Positions 12,733 to 24,255 of a DNA stretch of 64,000 nucleotides are shown one piece after another. Source of the DNA: Mobula birostris (Eukaryota); NCBI RefSeq assembly GCF_030028105.1, contig NC_092382.1, positions 100,332,699 to 100,396,698 on the forward strand, read 5' to 3'. How positions within the stretch are numbered: the stretch's first letter is position 1; each line of letters starts with the position of its first letter. The position numbers and the translations under genes were made by a program. The notes under the pieces were generated by a model, which saw nothing but the letters and a program-made list of their open reading frames with translations, was not told the origin of the DNA and ran no database searches.

Positions 12733-12805
12733 ACACGCCCCCTTATCCCGAGTTCACCAATCCGAATCGACCTGGTAATCGCCGGAATGCCGTCCGCCAC
12801 GTCAT
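12733..12805 (-). promoter_or_regulatory. Family-A V promoter motif of VA3
   Basis: Minus strand ATGACGTGG..GATTCGGATTGGTGAACTCGGGATAAGGGGGCGTG. Confidence 0.6.
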
Positions 12806-13456
12806 AGATTTTCTAACCTCTCACTGAACGAGTTGTTATTTCTGCGCGGATCTCTCTCTCTCTCTCTCTCCGGAATTCGCACTTAATGCTCCTAACTCTC
12901 CAAATGTCTCCCGATACCACGCATTCTATCTATCTATCTACTGATCTATCTCTTTTACTCCCGTACGCACTGTCATCTCCCTTTCCTCTTTCTTTCTCTG
13001 TCCCTTTCACTCTCTCGCTCTTTCTCTCACTCTGTCATGATCCATTTCTCTCTCTTTCTCTATCTCTCTCTCTGTCTCTGTTTTATGAGGAAGTCCCACT
13101 TAATGCTCCTTACTCTCCCAATGTCTCCCGACACCACGCATCCTCTATATCTATCTACTGATCTATCTTATTTACTCCGTTATCCACTATCATCCCCCTT
13201 CCCCCTCTCTTTCTCTGTCCCTCTCTCTCTCTCTCTAACTCACTCTCTCCGTTTTACTGAGGAACTCGCACTTAATGCTCCCTACCTTCCCAATCTCTCC
13301 CGATACTACGCACTCTTTATGTCACTTTTCGAGGGGTGTCATCTCACAGTTCTACGTCCCTCTCTTTCTCGATCGACTCTTCTTTACTATTTCATTAGGA
13401 TTTCTCCCTGCATTTCCCGATCTATTGGTCACTGCACGAGCAATTACCCGCTAAAT

Positions 13457-14342
13457 GAGCCGAGCCATTGTTGAAAAGAAACTCACATGTAATCAGGGCT
13501 AGAGTTTGCCAGAAGACTTGTGGGAGATTCTGAAGTCATCTGGAAGAAGCTTTTATGGTCCGATGAAACCAAAATTGAGCTTATTTGGCAATCGGATTGA
13601 AACGCTATGTTTGGCGTAAGCCACATGCTCACATCATCAAAAACACACCATCCTAACCGTGAACCGTGGTGGCGGCTGCATCATGCTGTGGGGATGTTTC
13701 ACTGTAGCAAGCCCTGGAAGGCTTGTGAAGGTAGAGGGTAAAATGAATGCAGCAAAATATAGGGAAATCCCGGAGAAAAACCTGATGCAGTCTGCAAGAG
13801 AACTGCGGCTTGGGAGGGGATTTGTTTTCTAGTAAAGCAGTGACCCCAGGCATAAAGCAAATACTACACAGGAATGGCTTAAAAACAACAAAGTTAATGT
13901 CCTGGAGTGGCCAAGTCAGAGTCCAGACCTTCATCTAATCGAGAATGTGCGGCTGGACTTGAAAAGGACTGCTCACTCATGATCCCCATGCAATCTGACA
14001 GATCTTGAGCAGTTTTGTAAAGAAGAATAGGGAAAAATTGCAGTGTCCACATGTGCAAAGCTGCTCGAGCCCCATCAACACAGACTCAAGGCTGGAATTG
14101 CTGCCAAAGAGGCATCTACTCGTACTGACTTGAAGGGGGTTAAAACTTGGACAATCAATTATTTTTTGTTTTATGTTTGTAAATAATTTAGATCACTTTG
14201 TAGCGACCTGATTTCACACGGAAGAGTCTCTTTCTGTCTATCAGTGTCAAACTAGCCAAACTGCATCCACACTGACTCAATGCTGTAAAACAAAAAAACA
14301 TGAAAACTTTCAAGGAGGGGTGCGTAATTTTCGCAGGCACTG
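13457..14342 (+). mobile_element. Tc1-like DNA transposon, 5'-truncated and decayed (paralogues at ~30868-31766, ~36025-36930, ~41158-42056)
   Basis: WSDETK..GGGCIMLWGCF..VLEWPSQSPDL DDE motifs; terminus ..TTTTCGCAGGCACTGT. Confidence 0.92.
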
Positions 14343-14639
14343 TGTCCGACCATAAATCGGTAACGTCGAGGAGCAGAATTAGGCCACTGGCCCATCCATT
14401 CTGCTGCGCTATTTCATCATCCATTTTCCATCTCATCCCCAATCTTCAGCCTTCTCACCGTATCCCTTGATGCCCTGATCAATCAACTATCTATCAAGAT
14501 CTGCCTTAGATGTTCAGCTGCGTGTGACAAACAAGTCCACCGATTCACGACTCCCTATCTAAAGAAATTCCTCCCCATCTCCTTTCTGAAAGGACGGCCC
14601 TCCATTCTGAGGCTGTGCCCTCTGGTCTTAAACTTATAC

Positions 14640-15130
14640 TTTATACTTTATTGTCGCCAAACAATTGATACTAGAACATACAATCATCACAGCGATATTT
14701 GATTCTGCGCTTCCGCTCCCTGGATTACAAATATTGAATATTAAAAATAGTAAAAATTAGTAAATATTAAAATTTTCAATTATAAATCATAAATCGAAAA
14801 TGGAAAAACGGAAAGTAAGGTAGTGAAAAAAAAACCCAGATCCGGGTCAGGATCCGTTCAGCAGTCTTATCACAGTTGGAAAGAAGCTGTTCCCGAATCT
14901 GGCCGTACGAGTCTTCAAGCTCCTGAGCCTTCTCCCGGAGGGAAGAGGGACGAAAATGTGTTGGCTGGGTGGGTCGTGTCCTTGATTATCCTGGCAGCAC
15001 TGCTCCGACAGCGTGCGGTGCAAAGTGAGTCCAAGGATGAAAGATTGGTTTGTGTGATGTGCTGCGCCGTGGTCACGATCTTCTGCAGCTTCTCTCGGTC
15101 TTAGACAGGACAACTTCCGTACCAGGTTGT
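14640..15130 (-). mobile_element. Rex1/Babar-type LINE 3' end (further copies at ~11040-11270, ~32060-32590, ~37225-37750, ~42350-42870, ~58670-59140)
   Basis: THPANT..LPSGRRLRSLKTRTARFGNSFFPTVIRLLN motif plus an AT-rich tail. Confidence 0.85.
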
Positions 15131-16150
15131 GGTGCACCCTGTACTCTATTATACTCTACCACCATAGGTAACATCCTCTCCACGTCCACTCTATCAAGGT
15201 CTTTCAACAAGCTTCGATCAGATCACCTCTCGCTCTTCCGAATTCCAGTGAATACAGGCCCAGAGCCATCAAACACTCTTCATATGACAGACCATTCAAT
15301 CCTGCAGTCATTTCCGCGAACCTCCTTTGAACCCTCTCCGGTTTCAGCACGAACTTTCTAAGATAAAAGGCCCAGAACTGCCCATAACACTCCAGGTGAG
15401 GTCTGGAGAGTAACCTTTAGGGAATCCTCCACAAGGACTCCCAAATCCCGTTGCGCCTCAATGTATATTTCTATTTTCTCTCCATATCGACCGCCAAAGT
15501 ACATGCCCGTATATTTCGCGACACTGTATTCTGTCTGTAACTTCCTTGCCCATTTTCCGAAGCTACCTTCTGCACCTATTTCATTTAACCTTCCTGCCCC
15601 GCCACCTGCCTTTGTGTTGCCTGCAAACTTTGCAACAAAGCCAACAAGGCCATCATCTAAATCACTGACGTATAATGTACAAGTAACTGGTCCCAACCCG
15701 GATCCCTGTGAAACACCAGTAGTCACTGGCAGCCAATGAGAATAGGCTCCCTTCATTCCCACTCTTCGCCTCCTGACATTCAGCCACTGCCTTGTCCATG
15801 CGGGAATCTTTCCTGTCATGCCAGGGGCGTGTAGCCTACAGAGCAGCCCCGTTTACAGCACCTTGTCAAAATCCTTCTGAAAATCCAAGTATACCACATC
15901 GTCTGACTCTTTCTTGTCTATCCTGCTTGTTATTTCCTCAAGGAATTCCAACAGGTTTGTCAGGCAAGATTTTCCTTTGAGGAAACCATAGTCTCTAATG
16001 CCTACTCCATCGTGTGCCTCTAAGTACCCCGAAACCACATCCTTAACAATTGAGTCCAACATCTTCTCAACAACTGAGATCACTTGAGACTGGGGTGACT
16101 TTTCCAGTTTGCCAGTCTCCGGGAGTCATTCCAGAATCCAGTGATTCTTG
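15130..16150 (-). mobile_element. CR1 LINE RT and 3' fragment (shorter paralogues end directly at the VB3, VB4 and VB5 promoters)
   Basis: DVVYLDFQKDFDKV, GKSCLTNLLEF, GVSQGSGLGP, FVAKFAGNTK. Confidence 0.92.
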
Positions 16151-16335
16151 AAAGGTCATTACTAATGCGGCCACAATCTCTTCGGCCACCTCACTCAGAA
16201 CCCCTGGGGTGTAGACCTGCTGGTGCAGCCGACCTATCTCGCTGCAATCCTTTCAGATCCCCAAGGATCCTAAAGCACTTTCCGTGCATCTACCCCTCCA
16301 CCATGTCTGCTAATTTCTTTCTCTCTCTCCCTCTT

Positions 16336-16368
<33 letters not shown>

Positions 16369-16443
16369 TTCTCTCTATCTCTAGCTCGCTCGCTCCTTCT
16401 CAACAACAAAGAAAGACAGATAGATAGGTAGAGAGATAAGCAG

Positions 16444-16599
16444 NNNNNNNNNNNNNNNNNNNNNNNNNNNNNNNNNNNNNNNNNNNNNNNNNNNNNNNNN
16501 NNNNNNNNNNNNNNNNNNNNNNNNNNNNNNNNNNNNNNNNNNNNNNNNNNNNNNNNNNNNNNNNNNNNNNNNNNNNNNNNNNNNNNNNNNNNNNNNNNN
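16444..16599. other. Assembly gap (others at 25645-26059, 30253-30403, 45570-45820, 62037-62186)
   Basis: N runs; four of the five lie inside GATA/TATC microsatellites. Confidence 1.
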
Positions 16600-16627
16600 A
16601 TAGATGGAAAGCTAGATAGATAGATAT

Positions 16628-16696
<69 letters not shown>

Positions 16697-16721
16697 CAGA
16701 CAGATTGTTAGGGTCAACATT

Positions 16722-17040
16722 GCGGGCTATGTTTGGTTGACCTGCTTCCTTTCTACCCCATCCAGACTGCCCTTTATTTGTCAATACGCTTATTTGACAG
16801 AAATTGCGCTTTCAACAATTTCGCGGAGGAACTGAGAGCGGCAGAAGGGCCGGATCCTCTTCCTGTCGCTGCGGTTACCTCTCTGTCCCTGTTCCTTGGC
16901 GTGGCGGAGACGGTTGAATTCGGTGCTCCGATGTCGCCTCCTGCTGTTGCTGCAGGGAAACACCCACTTTGTCAACACCGCACAATGCACCCAAGTTCTT
17001 ACTCCCGGTCAGTCCACCTGTCCCTTGATCTCGATCAACC
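16722..17040 (-). promoter_or_regulatory. V-downstream non-coding module with CTCF-like core (16931-16950), about 1.56 kb 3' of the VA4 RSS
   Basis: Minus strand GCAACAGCAGGAGGCGACAT; flanks are homologous to five other copies. Confidence 0.55.
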
Positions 17041-17444
17041 AATCAATCTATCTATCTATCTTTTACATATCAATCCAACTGTCTATCTATCTATTCATCT
17101 ATCTGCTGGTCTATCTACCTATAGTCATCTCTCTCTCTCTCTAACCGTCTCTCTCTCTATCTATTAATCTATCCATTAATTTATCTATATATCTTTTCGT
17201 CTATCTGTTTATCTATCTATCTATCCATCCTTCTATTTATCTATTTATCTATCTCTCTATCATTCTATCCATTAATCTATCTCTCTTTATCCATCCATTA
17301 CACTCAGTCTAACTGTCTCTCTCGATCTGTCTATCGATCCATCCATTCATTTATCTATATATCTGTCTATCAATCTACCAATCTATCTCTATCTATCTAA
17401 TCACCTACCTAGCTATCTATCTGTTTACCTTTATATAACTATAT

Positions 17445-17970
17445 AACAAATACAGCACGGAAACAGGCCGTCTCGGCCCTTCTAGTCCGTGCCGAACGCT
17501 TAATCTCACCTAGTCCCACCGACCTGCACTCGGTCCATTACCCCCCATTCCTTTCCTGTCCGCATAGCTGTCCAATTATACTTTAATGACAATATCCAGC
17601 CTGCCTCACACACTTCTGCTGGAAGCACGTTCCACCCAGCCACCACTCTCTGTGTAAAGAAGTTCCCCATCGTTTCACCCCTAAACTTTTCCCCCTAACT
17701 CTCAACTCATGTCCTCTTGTTTGAATCTCCCCTAATTTCAATGGAAAAAAGCCTATCCACGTCAACTCAGTCTATCCCCCTCATAATTTTAAATACCTCT
17801 ATCAAGTCCCCCCTCAACCTTCTACGCTCCAAAGAATAAAGACCCAACTTGTTCAACCTTTCTCTGTAACTTAGGTGCTGAAACCCAGGTACATTTCAGT
17901 AAATCTTCTCTGTACTCTCTCTATTTTGTTGACATCTTTCCTATAATTCGGTGACCAGAACTGTACACAA
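17445..17970 (-). mobile_element. CR1 LINE 3' end
   Basis: FFPLKLGEIQTRGHELRV plus tail. Confidence 0.85.
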
Positions 17971-18509
17971 CTGTATCCATCTATCTATCATTCCATCTAG
18001 CTATCTAGCTAAGTAAATTTTTTGCACCACTTCTACAAGAAAGAACCCATTGGTTTTCTTTGGCGATACACCGGGGAAAAAGTCCTTCCCGAACCCTTCA
18101 GTAACCCACCGATTGAACACCAGCCGAATCAGAGGGCAGTAACCAACTAACCGGCAGGTCTGGCCACTGTGACTGGGAAACCGGAGCTCCTGGTCACGGG
18201 AAGAGCGTGCAAGCTCCGTAGAGAGAGCGTCGGAATTGACCTCCGAACCCTGACGTCACGATCTGCAATAGCGTCGCGCTCACGGCGACTCAACCCTGGC
18301 GCTCTTGGATTATGTTTAAACTGGTGGTGTGCTTGCAAGTGCTACTTATGACATGCTAGAAGCTATTCATCGCGACCCTTATCCGCGCCTCCTTGAAACC
18401 ACCCCGCGCGGAAGGCCCGGCCCCCTTCGTTTGAGTGACAGCCCCTTTCTCCCCCGCCTCTGGGGCACCTCTCCTATTACCAATGTGCAAGCCTCGCTTC
18501 AGCGTTGAT

Positions 18510-18548
18510 CGTTTTTGTTCGGTTTCACCATCCGCTCGAGCGGCTGTG
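18510..18548 (-). other. 23-RSS of VA4
   Basis: Minus strand CACAGCC + 23 nt + ACAAAAACG. Confidence 0.95.
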
Positions 18549-19202
18549 TAAACTCCAGGCGCAGAAGTAACGAGCCGAGTGGTTCTCAGTCAAATTGTTG
18601 GCAGTCAGCTGCAAATGGTAATCACCTCTCCTGGCCGTCAATCCATCCTCCGTTTCCTTCGGGCTGACGTGCATGCTGCTCATCGAGTAAAACAGGTTCC
18701 GAGGTTGTTTCCCCGGGTACTGTCGGTACCAGTACATGTAGTGACTGCTACCCCCTCCTTCCGCCGTACACTGCAAATCCATCCTGTCGCCAGGCGGTGC
18801 GGTGAATGCGACCGGAGTCTGGCGGACAGTCACCGACGTCCCGCCTGTGGAGAGGGAGCGGAGGCCAGGGTGAGGAGGGTACTTCGTGACGGACCTCAGG
18901 GGTGAGTGAGGCAGGATCTGAAGGAGGGGCGCGCCTGAGGGAGAGGGACGTTGTATTGATGCTGATCAATTGCGGCACACACTGAATATCAGAACTCCTC
19001 TGGGTTCAGGAATCATGGAAAGGAAAAGATATGTGGTGGCGAGCACAGGAAATGAAGATCACGTGGGGACAGAGAAGACAGACTTTATTTAATAGAACCC
19101 CCAAACACCGAAACCAGGTCAGGGTCAACAGCAAGACCAATGGCCTGCTTTGAGTCATTTTTACTGAATAATGAGAGAGAGATGTGAGAGAGAGAGGGAG
19201 AG

Positions 19203-19247
<45 letters not shown>

Positions 19248-19436
19248 GCACGAAGACAAAAAGTGGCCACATTTCCCAGAGCTCCCTTGGGTGCAGGAAC
19301 ATGGGAAATAACCATGAGGAGAAGTTAGGTAGTAGATGAAAAAGAAAGCGGAAAGCAAGATATTAAATAAAACCCACTTTTTACTGTTAAACCAGGCAGC
19401 GATCCCCAGTAAGAGCACTGCCCCTCTTGGCTTCAT
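18549..19436 (-). CDS. TRBV: TCR beta V segment VA4 (family A), apparently functional. Leader 19436-19385, V exon 18844-18549
   Basis: Leader MKPRGAVLLLGIAAWFN with phase-1 donor A|GTAAAA; acceptor ccacag|. Exon GTSVTVRQTPVAFTAPPGDRMDLQCTAEGGGSSHYMYWYRQYPGKQPRNLFYSMSSMHVSPKETEDGLTARRGDYHLQLTANNLTENHSARYFCAWSL is open. Confidence 0.93.
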
Positions 19437-19524
19437 TCTACGTAATAATAAAAGAGGGAAGGTTGAATGGCCGAGGTAGAAGTTTCGCTCTTTGCCGATG
19501 GTGTGGCGATATATCCATGATTAG

Positions 19525-19558
19525 ACACGCCCTTTTCCTGAGGTAACCAATCAGAATT
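19525..19558 (-). promoter_or_regulatory. Family-A V promoter motif of VA4
   Basis: Minus strand AATTCTGATTGGTTACCTCAGGAAAAGGGCGTG. Confidence 0.65.
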
Positions 19559-20858
19559 AGTGTGGTCGGTCGTATACCGTTTCATTGTCACATTTCACTC
19601 GTTCAACCGCAAGATGTCTCTTAAATCTCCCCAACTCTCACACTCACTCGACACCTTTTCTCTTTCCGTCTTGTTTAAGGTAGAGATCTCGTCATTTACC
19701 CATCCATCATCCATTTCTCTCTGTTAAGGGAGAACTATCGCGTTTTCCAAACCTCAAAGTGTCTCCCATACCCCCTCCCCCGTCGCATTACCATCAATCA
19801 TACATAATACCTCACCACCACTCGCCTAAACATAATGAGACTCTTTCTTTTTACCATCTTTCGTTCTTTCATTCCTTTTCTTTCTGTCTTTTGTTCTATA
19901 TTTCTTTCTATCCTCTATGTCTGTCTCTCCCTGTTTCTCTGTCTCTCTTCCCATCCAACAACCTGAAAATATAATACACATTTTTCGTTCTTTCATTGTG
20001 TTCTTTCTGTCTTTTTTTCTATCCTCTCTGTCTGTCTCTCTCTGATTCTCCGTCTCTCTTCCCATCAGTCAGTTTGAAAATATAATACATATTTTTCGTT
20101 CTTTCATTGTTTTCTATCCGACTTTTGTTCTGTCTCTCCTTCTTGCTTTCTATCCTCTCTCTGCCTCTCACTCTCTGTCTCTCTTCCTGGAATTATAATA
20201 CGCACTTGTTTCGGAGTATTGGTTGTAATCTCTCCCCTCATCCCCACCCCCGCCCCCCACTCCCAACGGTATTTCTCACCAGGTTCAACGACTGCTTCAT
20301 CCCCTCTGTGATCCGACTGTTGGACGGTCCTCTGGTACGATACGATGGAGGCTTGACGCATCCCGGTTCGGGACGGCGGGCTCGTGGCCGGCGAGACACC
20401 GGGGGAAAGTCGCGGACGCAGCCCGGCACGTCACAGGAGCCATCCACTCCTCCGCGGACTCTATCCACACTTCCCGCAGCCAGCGTCATCAAAGACCCCC
20501 CCCCCCCCCCCGACACCAGCCCGGGATATTCTCTTCTCTACCCCTCTCATCGGGCAGGAGATACAGAATCCCGAACGCCCGTCCCATCAGGCTCAGGGAC
20601 AGTTTCCACCCCGCTATTATCAGACTATCGAACGACCCCCTCGGACGATCAGATGGACTCCTGACCTCACGATCTACCTCGCTATGACCCCCTTGCACCT
20701 GATCGTCCGCCTGCACCGCACATTCTCTGTAACTGCGGCACTTCATTCTGCATTCCGATTTTGTTTTCCTTCCTACTACGCCAATATCCTCCCGTATCTC
20801 GGAACTAGCGACAAGAACAAACAACTTACTAATTGCCAAGTATTTTTTATGCTGAGGG

Positions 20859-21648
20859 TGTCGTGGTCCGGTCCGAAGTCCGCATTCCGGTTCACGGTCC
20901 GGTCCGCGGACTCCGGACTCCGGGTCTTCCGGCTGTCCCTTGCTTCGATTGGACTTAACCATTAAGCACCTGATGCCCATCTTGGGGCTGGGAATGTAAG
21001 TGGCCCTGAGATCGAGTCTGGTTGCTGGGTCGTCTCATCAGTCTCCCCTTGGAGCAACCCACTGGTGGGAGGCTAGTGCAGTCATCGAGGTATGGATTTG
21101 GCTCTTCCGTAGCCCACCGAGGTTACCGGCCACCTCAAGTCTTGGAGCCACCCCGGACCTAGCTCCCTTCCTGCCCCTTGCCTCCGTCTGATAAGCCAGG
21201 CCGTTTGCCGTTACCCTGCGGTTGGGTCCATCCCTCCCTGCCCTTGCCACCGCGGGGTGGAGACAGGCGTGCTGCCCAGGAGTTGCCTCGAAGTACCCTT
21301 GCCCCGTCAAGCCCTCGTCGAGCCTCCAAGAAACCAAGCCTCGTCACATCTTCGCCTGGTCTCCAAGAATCTCCAATCCTCGTCACGTCTTCGCCTAGTT
21401 TTGTGGTCCGAGCCCGCGTCAAGACCAAGCTTCTGGGTCCTTGTCCGGTCTCTGGCTCGGAGTCCACGCCCAGGCTGCTTTTTCCCAGTCTCTCGTCCTG
21501 GTCCTGCTTCCCTAGCCTAGTCTGTGTTCCTCTCCCTACTCCTAGTCTGCGTCCTGTCTCGTCATTCAGTTTTGTCCGCTCCTGTTCCTAGTACTTCAGT
21601 GTCTGTGCCTTCTATTTGGGTCCGTTCCCAACGCCCCCCAATGTGACA
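20859..21648. mobile_element. Solo LTR (790 bp) with a 5-bp target-site duplication
   Basis: Termini TGTCGT..GTGACA, flanked on both sides by GAGGG (20854-20858 and 21649-21653). Confidence 0.8.
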
Positions 21649-22539
21649 GAGGGTGAAGGATGCCCGCTGCCAACTCTACCTGATCCTCTCCTAACCTTAT
21701 AAACCCCTCTCAGGTCCCTCCTTAGTCCCCGTCGCTCCAATTCCCCCAAGTTTGTCCCACCTCTCTCTAGAGCTCATGCCCGCCCCCCGATCTAGGCGGA
21801 GGCGTTTCCGGACCGTCGGGCAGCGCGGGAGACGAATACCACCCTCGGTGCGGCTGGGAACGTGCTCAGTTCATCTGTGTTGTAAACACAGGGGATTCTA
21901 AAGATGCTGTAAATCCAGCGAAGCTCACTTAAAATGCCGGAGGAACTCAGCAGGCCATCCGGAATGAACAAAGGCGGTCGGCGTTTCGAGCCCAGAGCCG
22001 CAATCAGTTCCTTCGTCGTCATCGGAATATTCCTTTAGGACCTTCGTTGAGGACCCATCGACCCGCGTGGACCCGGGCCCACAAGATCCGGAGAACCGTG
22101 CAGCACAGGCCACACCCTTCGGCCCACGGTCTCAAACTTACCCCCTCCCACATAGCGCAGAGCTGATCCGGGCGGCATCGTGTTCAGCCGAACTCTCGTC
22201 GAAGCCTCCGAGCCGTCTCCTTATGGGGTGTCCAGAACAGAATGTGACAACCTAAATCTATCATAAGGAGACGTTTTCTAAATCTTCAACGAAACGACTT
22301 GACCCTTCAAAGCGTCTGGGGGCGGGGGGACCACCGGATTTGCACGTGATATTCCATTTACAGCGGAAGCAAGTTTTTACATACTTTGTACATGACATTG
22401 TGGAATAACGAACGTGGTCAGATGATGGAGTGTTGGGGGGGGGGCGGTCAGCGGGGCGGGCGGGAGTTGGGGGGGTGGGCTCCCCCATAAAGCTGCGACT
22501 GAAGAAGAAAATCAGACGCTCAGGATTGTTAGCAAGTTA

Positions 22540-22865
22540 GCATAAAAATTGCGGGCTATGTTTGGTTGACCTGCTTCCTTTCCACCCCATCCAGACTGCC
22601 CTTTATTTGTCCTGACTCTGGTTTGACCGTATTTGCGCTTTCAACAATTCCGCGGAGGAACTGAGAGGGGCAGAAGGGCAGGATCCCTTTCCTGTCCCTG
22701 CGGTTTCCTCTCTGTCCCTGTTCCTTGGCCAGTCGGAAACTGTTGCATTTGGTGCTCCGATGTCGCCCCCTGCTGTTGGTGCAAAGAAATACCCACTTTG
22801 TCAACTCCGCACAATTCACCCAAGTTCTTATTCCCGGTCAGTTCACCTGTCTGTTGATCTCGATC
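22540..22865 (-). promoter_or_regulatory. V-downstream module with CTCF core (22760-22779), about 1.44 kb 3' of the VB1 RSS
   Basis: Minus strand CCAACAGCAGGGGGCGACAT. Confidence 0.6.
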
Positions 22866-23162
22866 AATCTATCTATGTATCCATCTATTACATACCTATC
22901 TATCTGTCTGTCTATCTATTCATCTATCTGTCTATCTTTCTATCTATAATAATCTATCTCTTGCTCTCTCTAACTGTCTCTCTATCTGTCTATCTATCTA
23001 TATATCAATTTATTTATCTATGTATCTACCTATCCGTCTGTCTGTCTCTCTATCTATCTATCCATTTGTTCATCTAACTCTTCCTCTATCCATCTATCTA
23101 GCTACCTATGTAGATATCTATCTATCTATTCATCTGGATATCCGACCACCTACCAATAATCG

Positions 23163-23201
<39 letters not shown>

Positions 23202-24216
23202 AAACTGTCTCCCTCTCGATCTATCTATTTATCTGTCTATTTGTTTATCTCTCTATCTATCTATCTATCTAACTGTCTACCTATATATCTAACTATCTAA
23301 TTTATCTATCTATCTATCTATATTATCTATCTGTCTCGCTCATTCTCTGTATATCTATCTGTCTTTCTCTGTTGTGGAGAAGGAGAGAGCGAGCCAGAAG
23401 GAGAGAGAGAGATAGAGAGAGAGATTAGCAGACTTGGTGGAGATGTAGATACACGGGTATACGTTTAGCTAGCCAGGTAAGCAGGTCAATGAGTATGATA
23501 TAAGCGTCAGTTGCCACTGCATTAGATACCTGCTGTACCCAACAGACTGCCCACTGAGTGTAGGCTCATCGTCCTCTGCTGCCGTCGCCCATCCGCCTCA
23601 GGATTCGACGTGTTGTGCGTTCAGAGACGCTCTTCTGCCCACGGCTGTTGTAACGTTGGTCTTTGCGGGTAACCGTCGCCTTCCAGTCTCAGTGAGCCAG
23701 CCTGGCCTCTGTCTGCGGACCTCTCCCGTGAAGAATTCTTCTACAAGCGCAGAAATGCCGCTCAGCGGATACGTATCAGCTGTATCGCAGTAGATTTAAT
23801 TTGGCTTTTTCCGACACTCATCAACTAAAAAAACTCTTCTGTGTCAAAGTGAAAACAGATCTCTACAAAGTGATCTGTATTGTTCACAAATACAGGTAGT
23901 TGCTTCCATTTGCTTTTTAGCAGGGTCAGCACAACATTGTGGGCCGAATGACCTGTTTCTGTGTTGTCCGGTTCTACATCCTACGGAGCTTGTTCGACCT
24001 GAATGTACTGTGTAATGATTTGTTCTGCATGTACAGAAAGCCTTTCGTTATATCTCGGTGGCGTGACAATGATAAACCTATTCCAATCCTTGCCAGAGAC
24101 GGAGAACTCCTGCAGCAAAGTAAAAGGCCCCTCGGTCCATCCAGTTCCGGTTCTGTACCTAGGTCCGATCTGCTCCCGGAACCTTGGCAGAGTTGCTCTG
24201 CGGGGAGATCTGTTGG

Positions 24217-24255
24217 AGTTTTTGTACTGGCGCCCAGTATCTCTACAACGCTGTG
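24217..24255 (-). other. 23-RSS of VB1
   Basis: Minus strand CACAGCG + 23 nt + ACAAAAACT. Confidence 0.95.

Noticed and set aside
4196-18445. CTGTCA (TALE-homeodomain-like) hexamer within ~100 nt 3' of each family-A RSS
   Set aside because: A 6-mer at variable distance among paralogues is expected from shared ancestry or chance.
22556-22819. Recurrent ORF MNCAELTKWVFLC.. in six module copies as a small protein
   Set aside because: The start is non-ATG in several copies, the frame is not conserved between copies, and there are no splice signals or recognisable domain; treated as non-coding.
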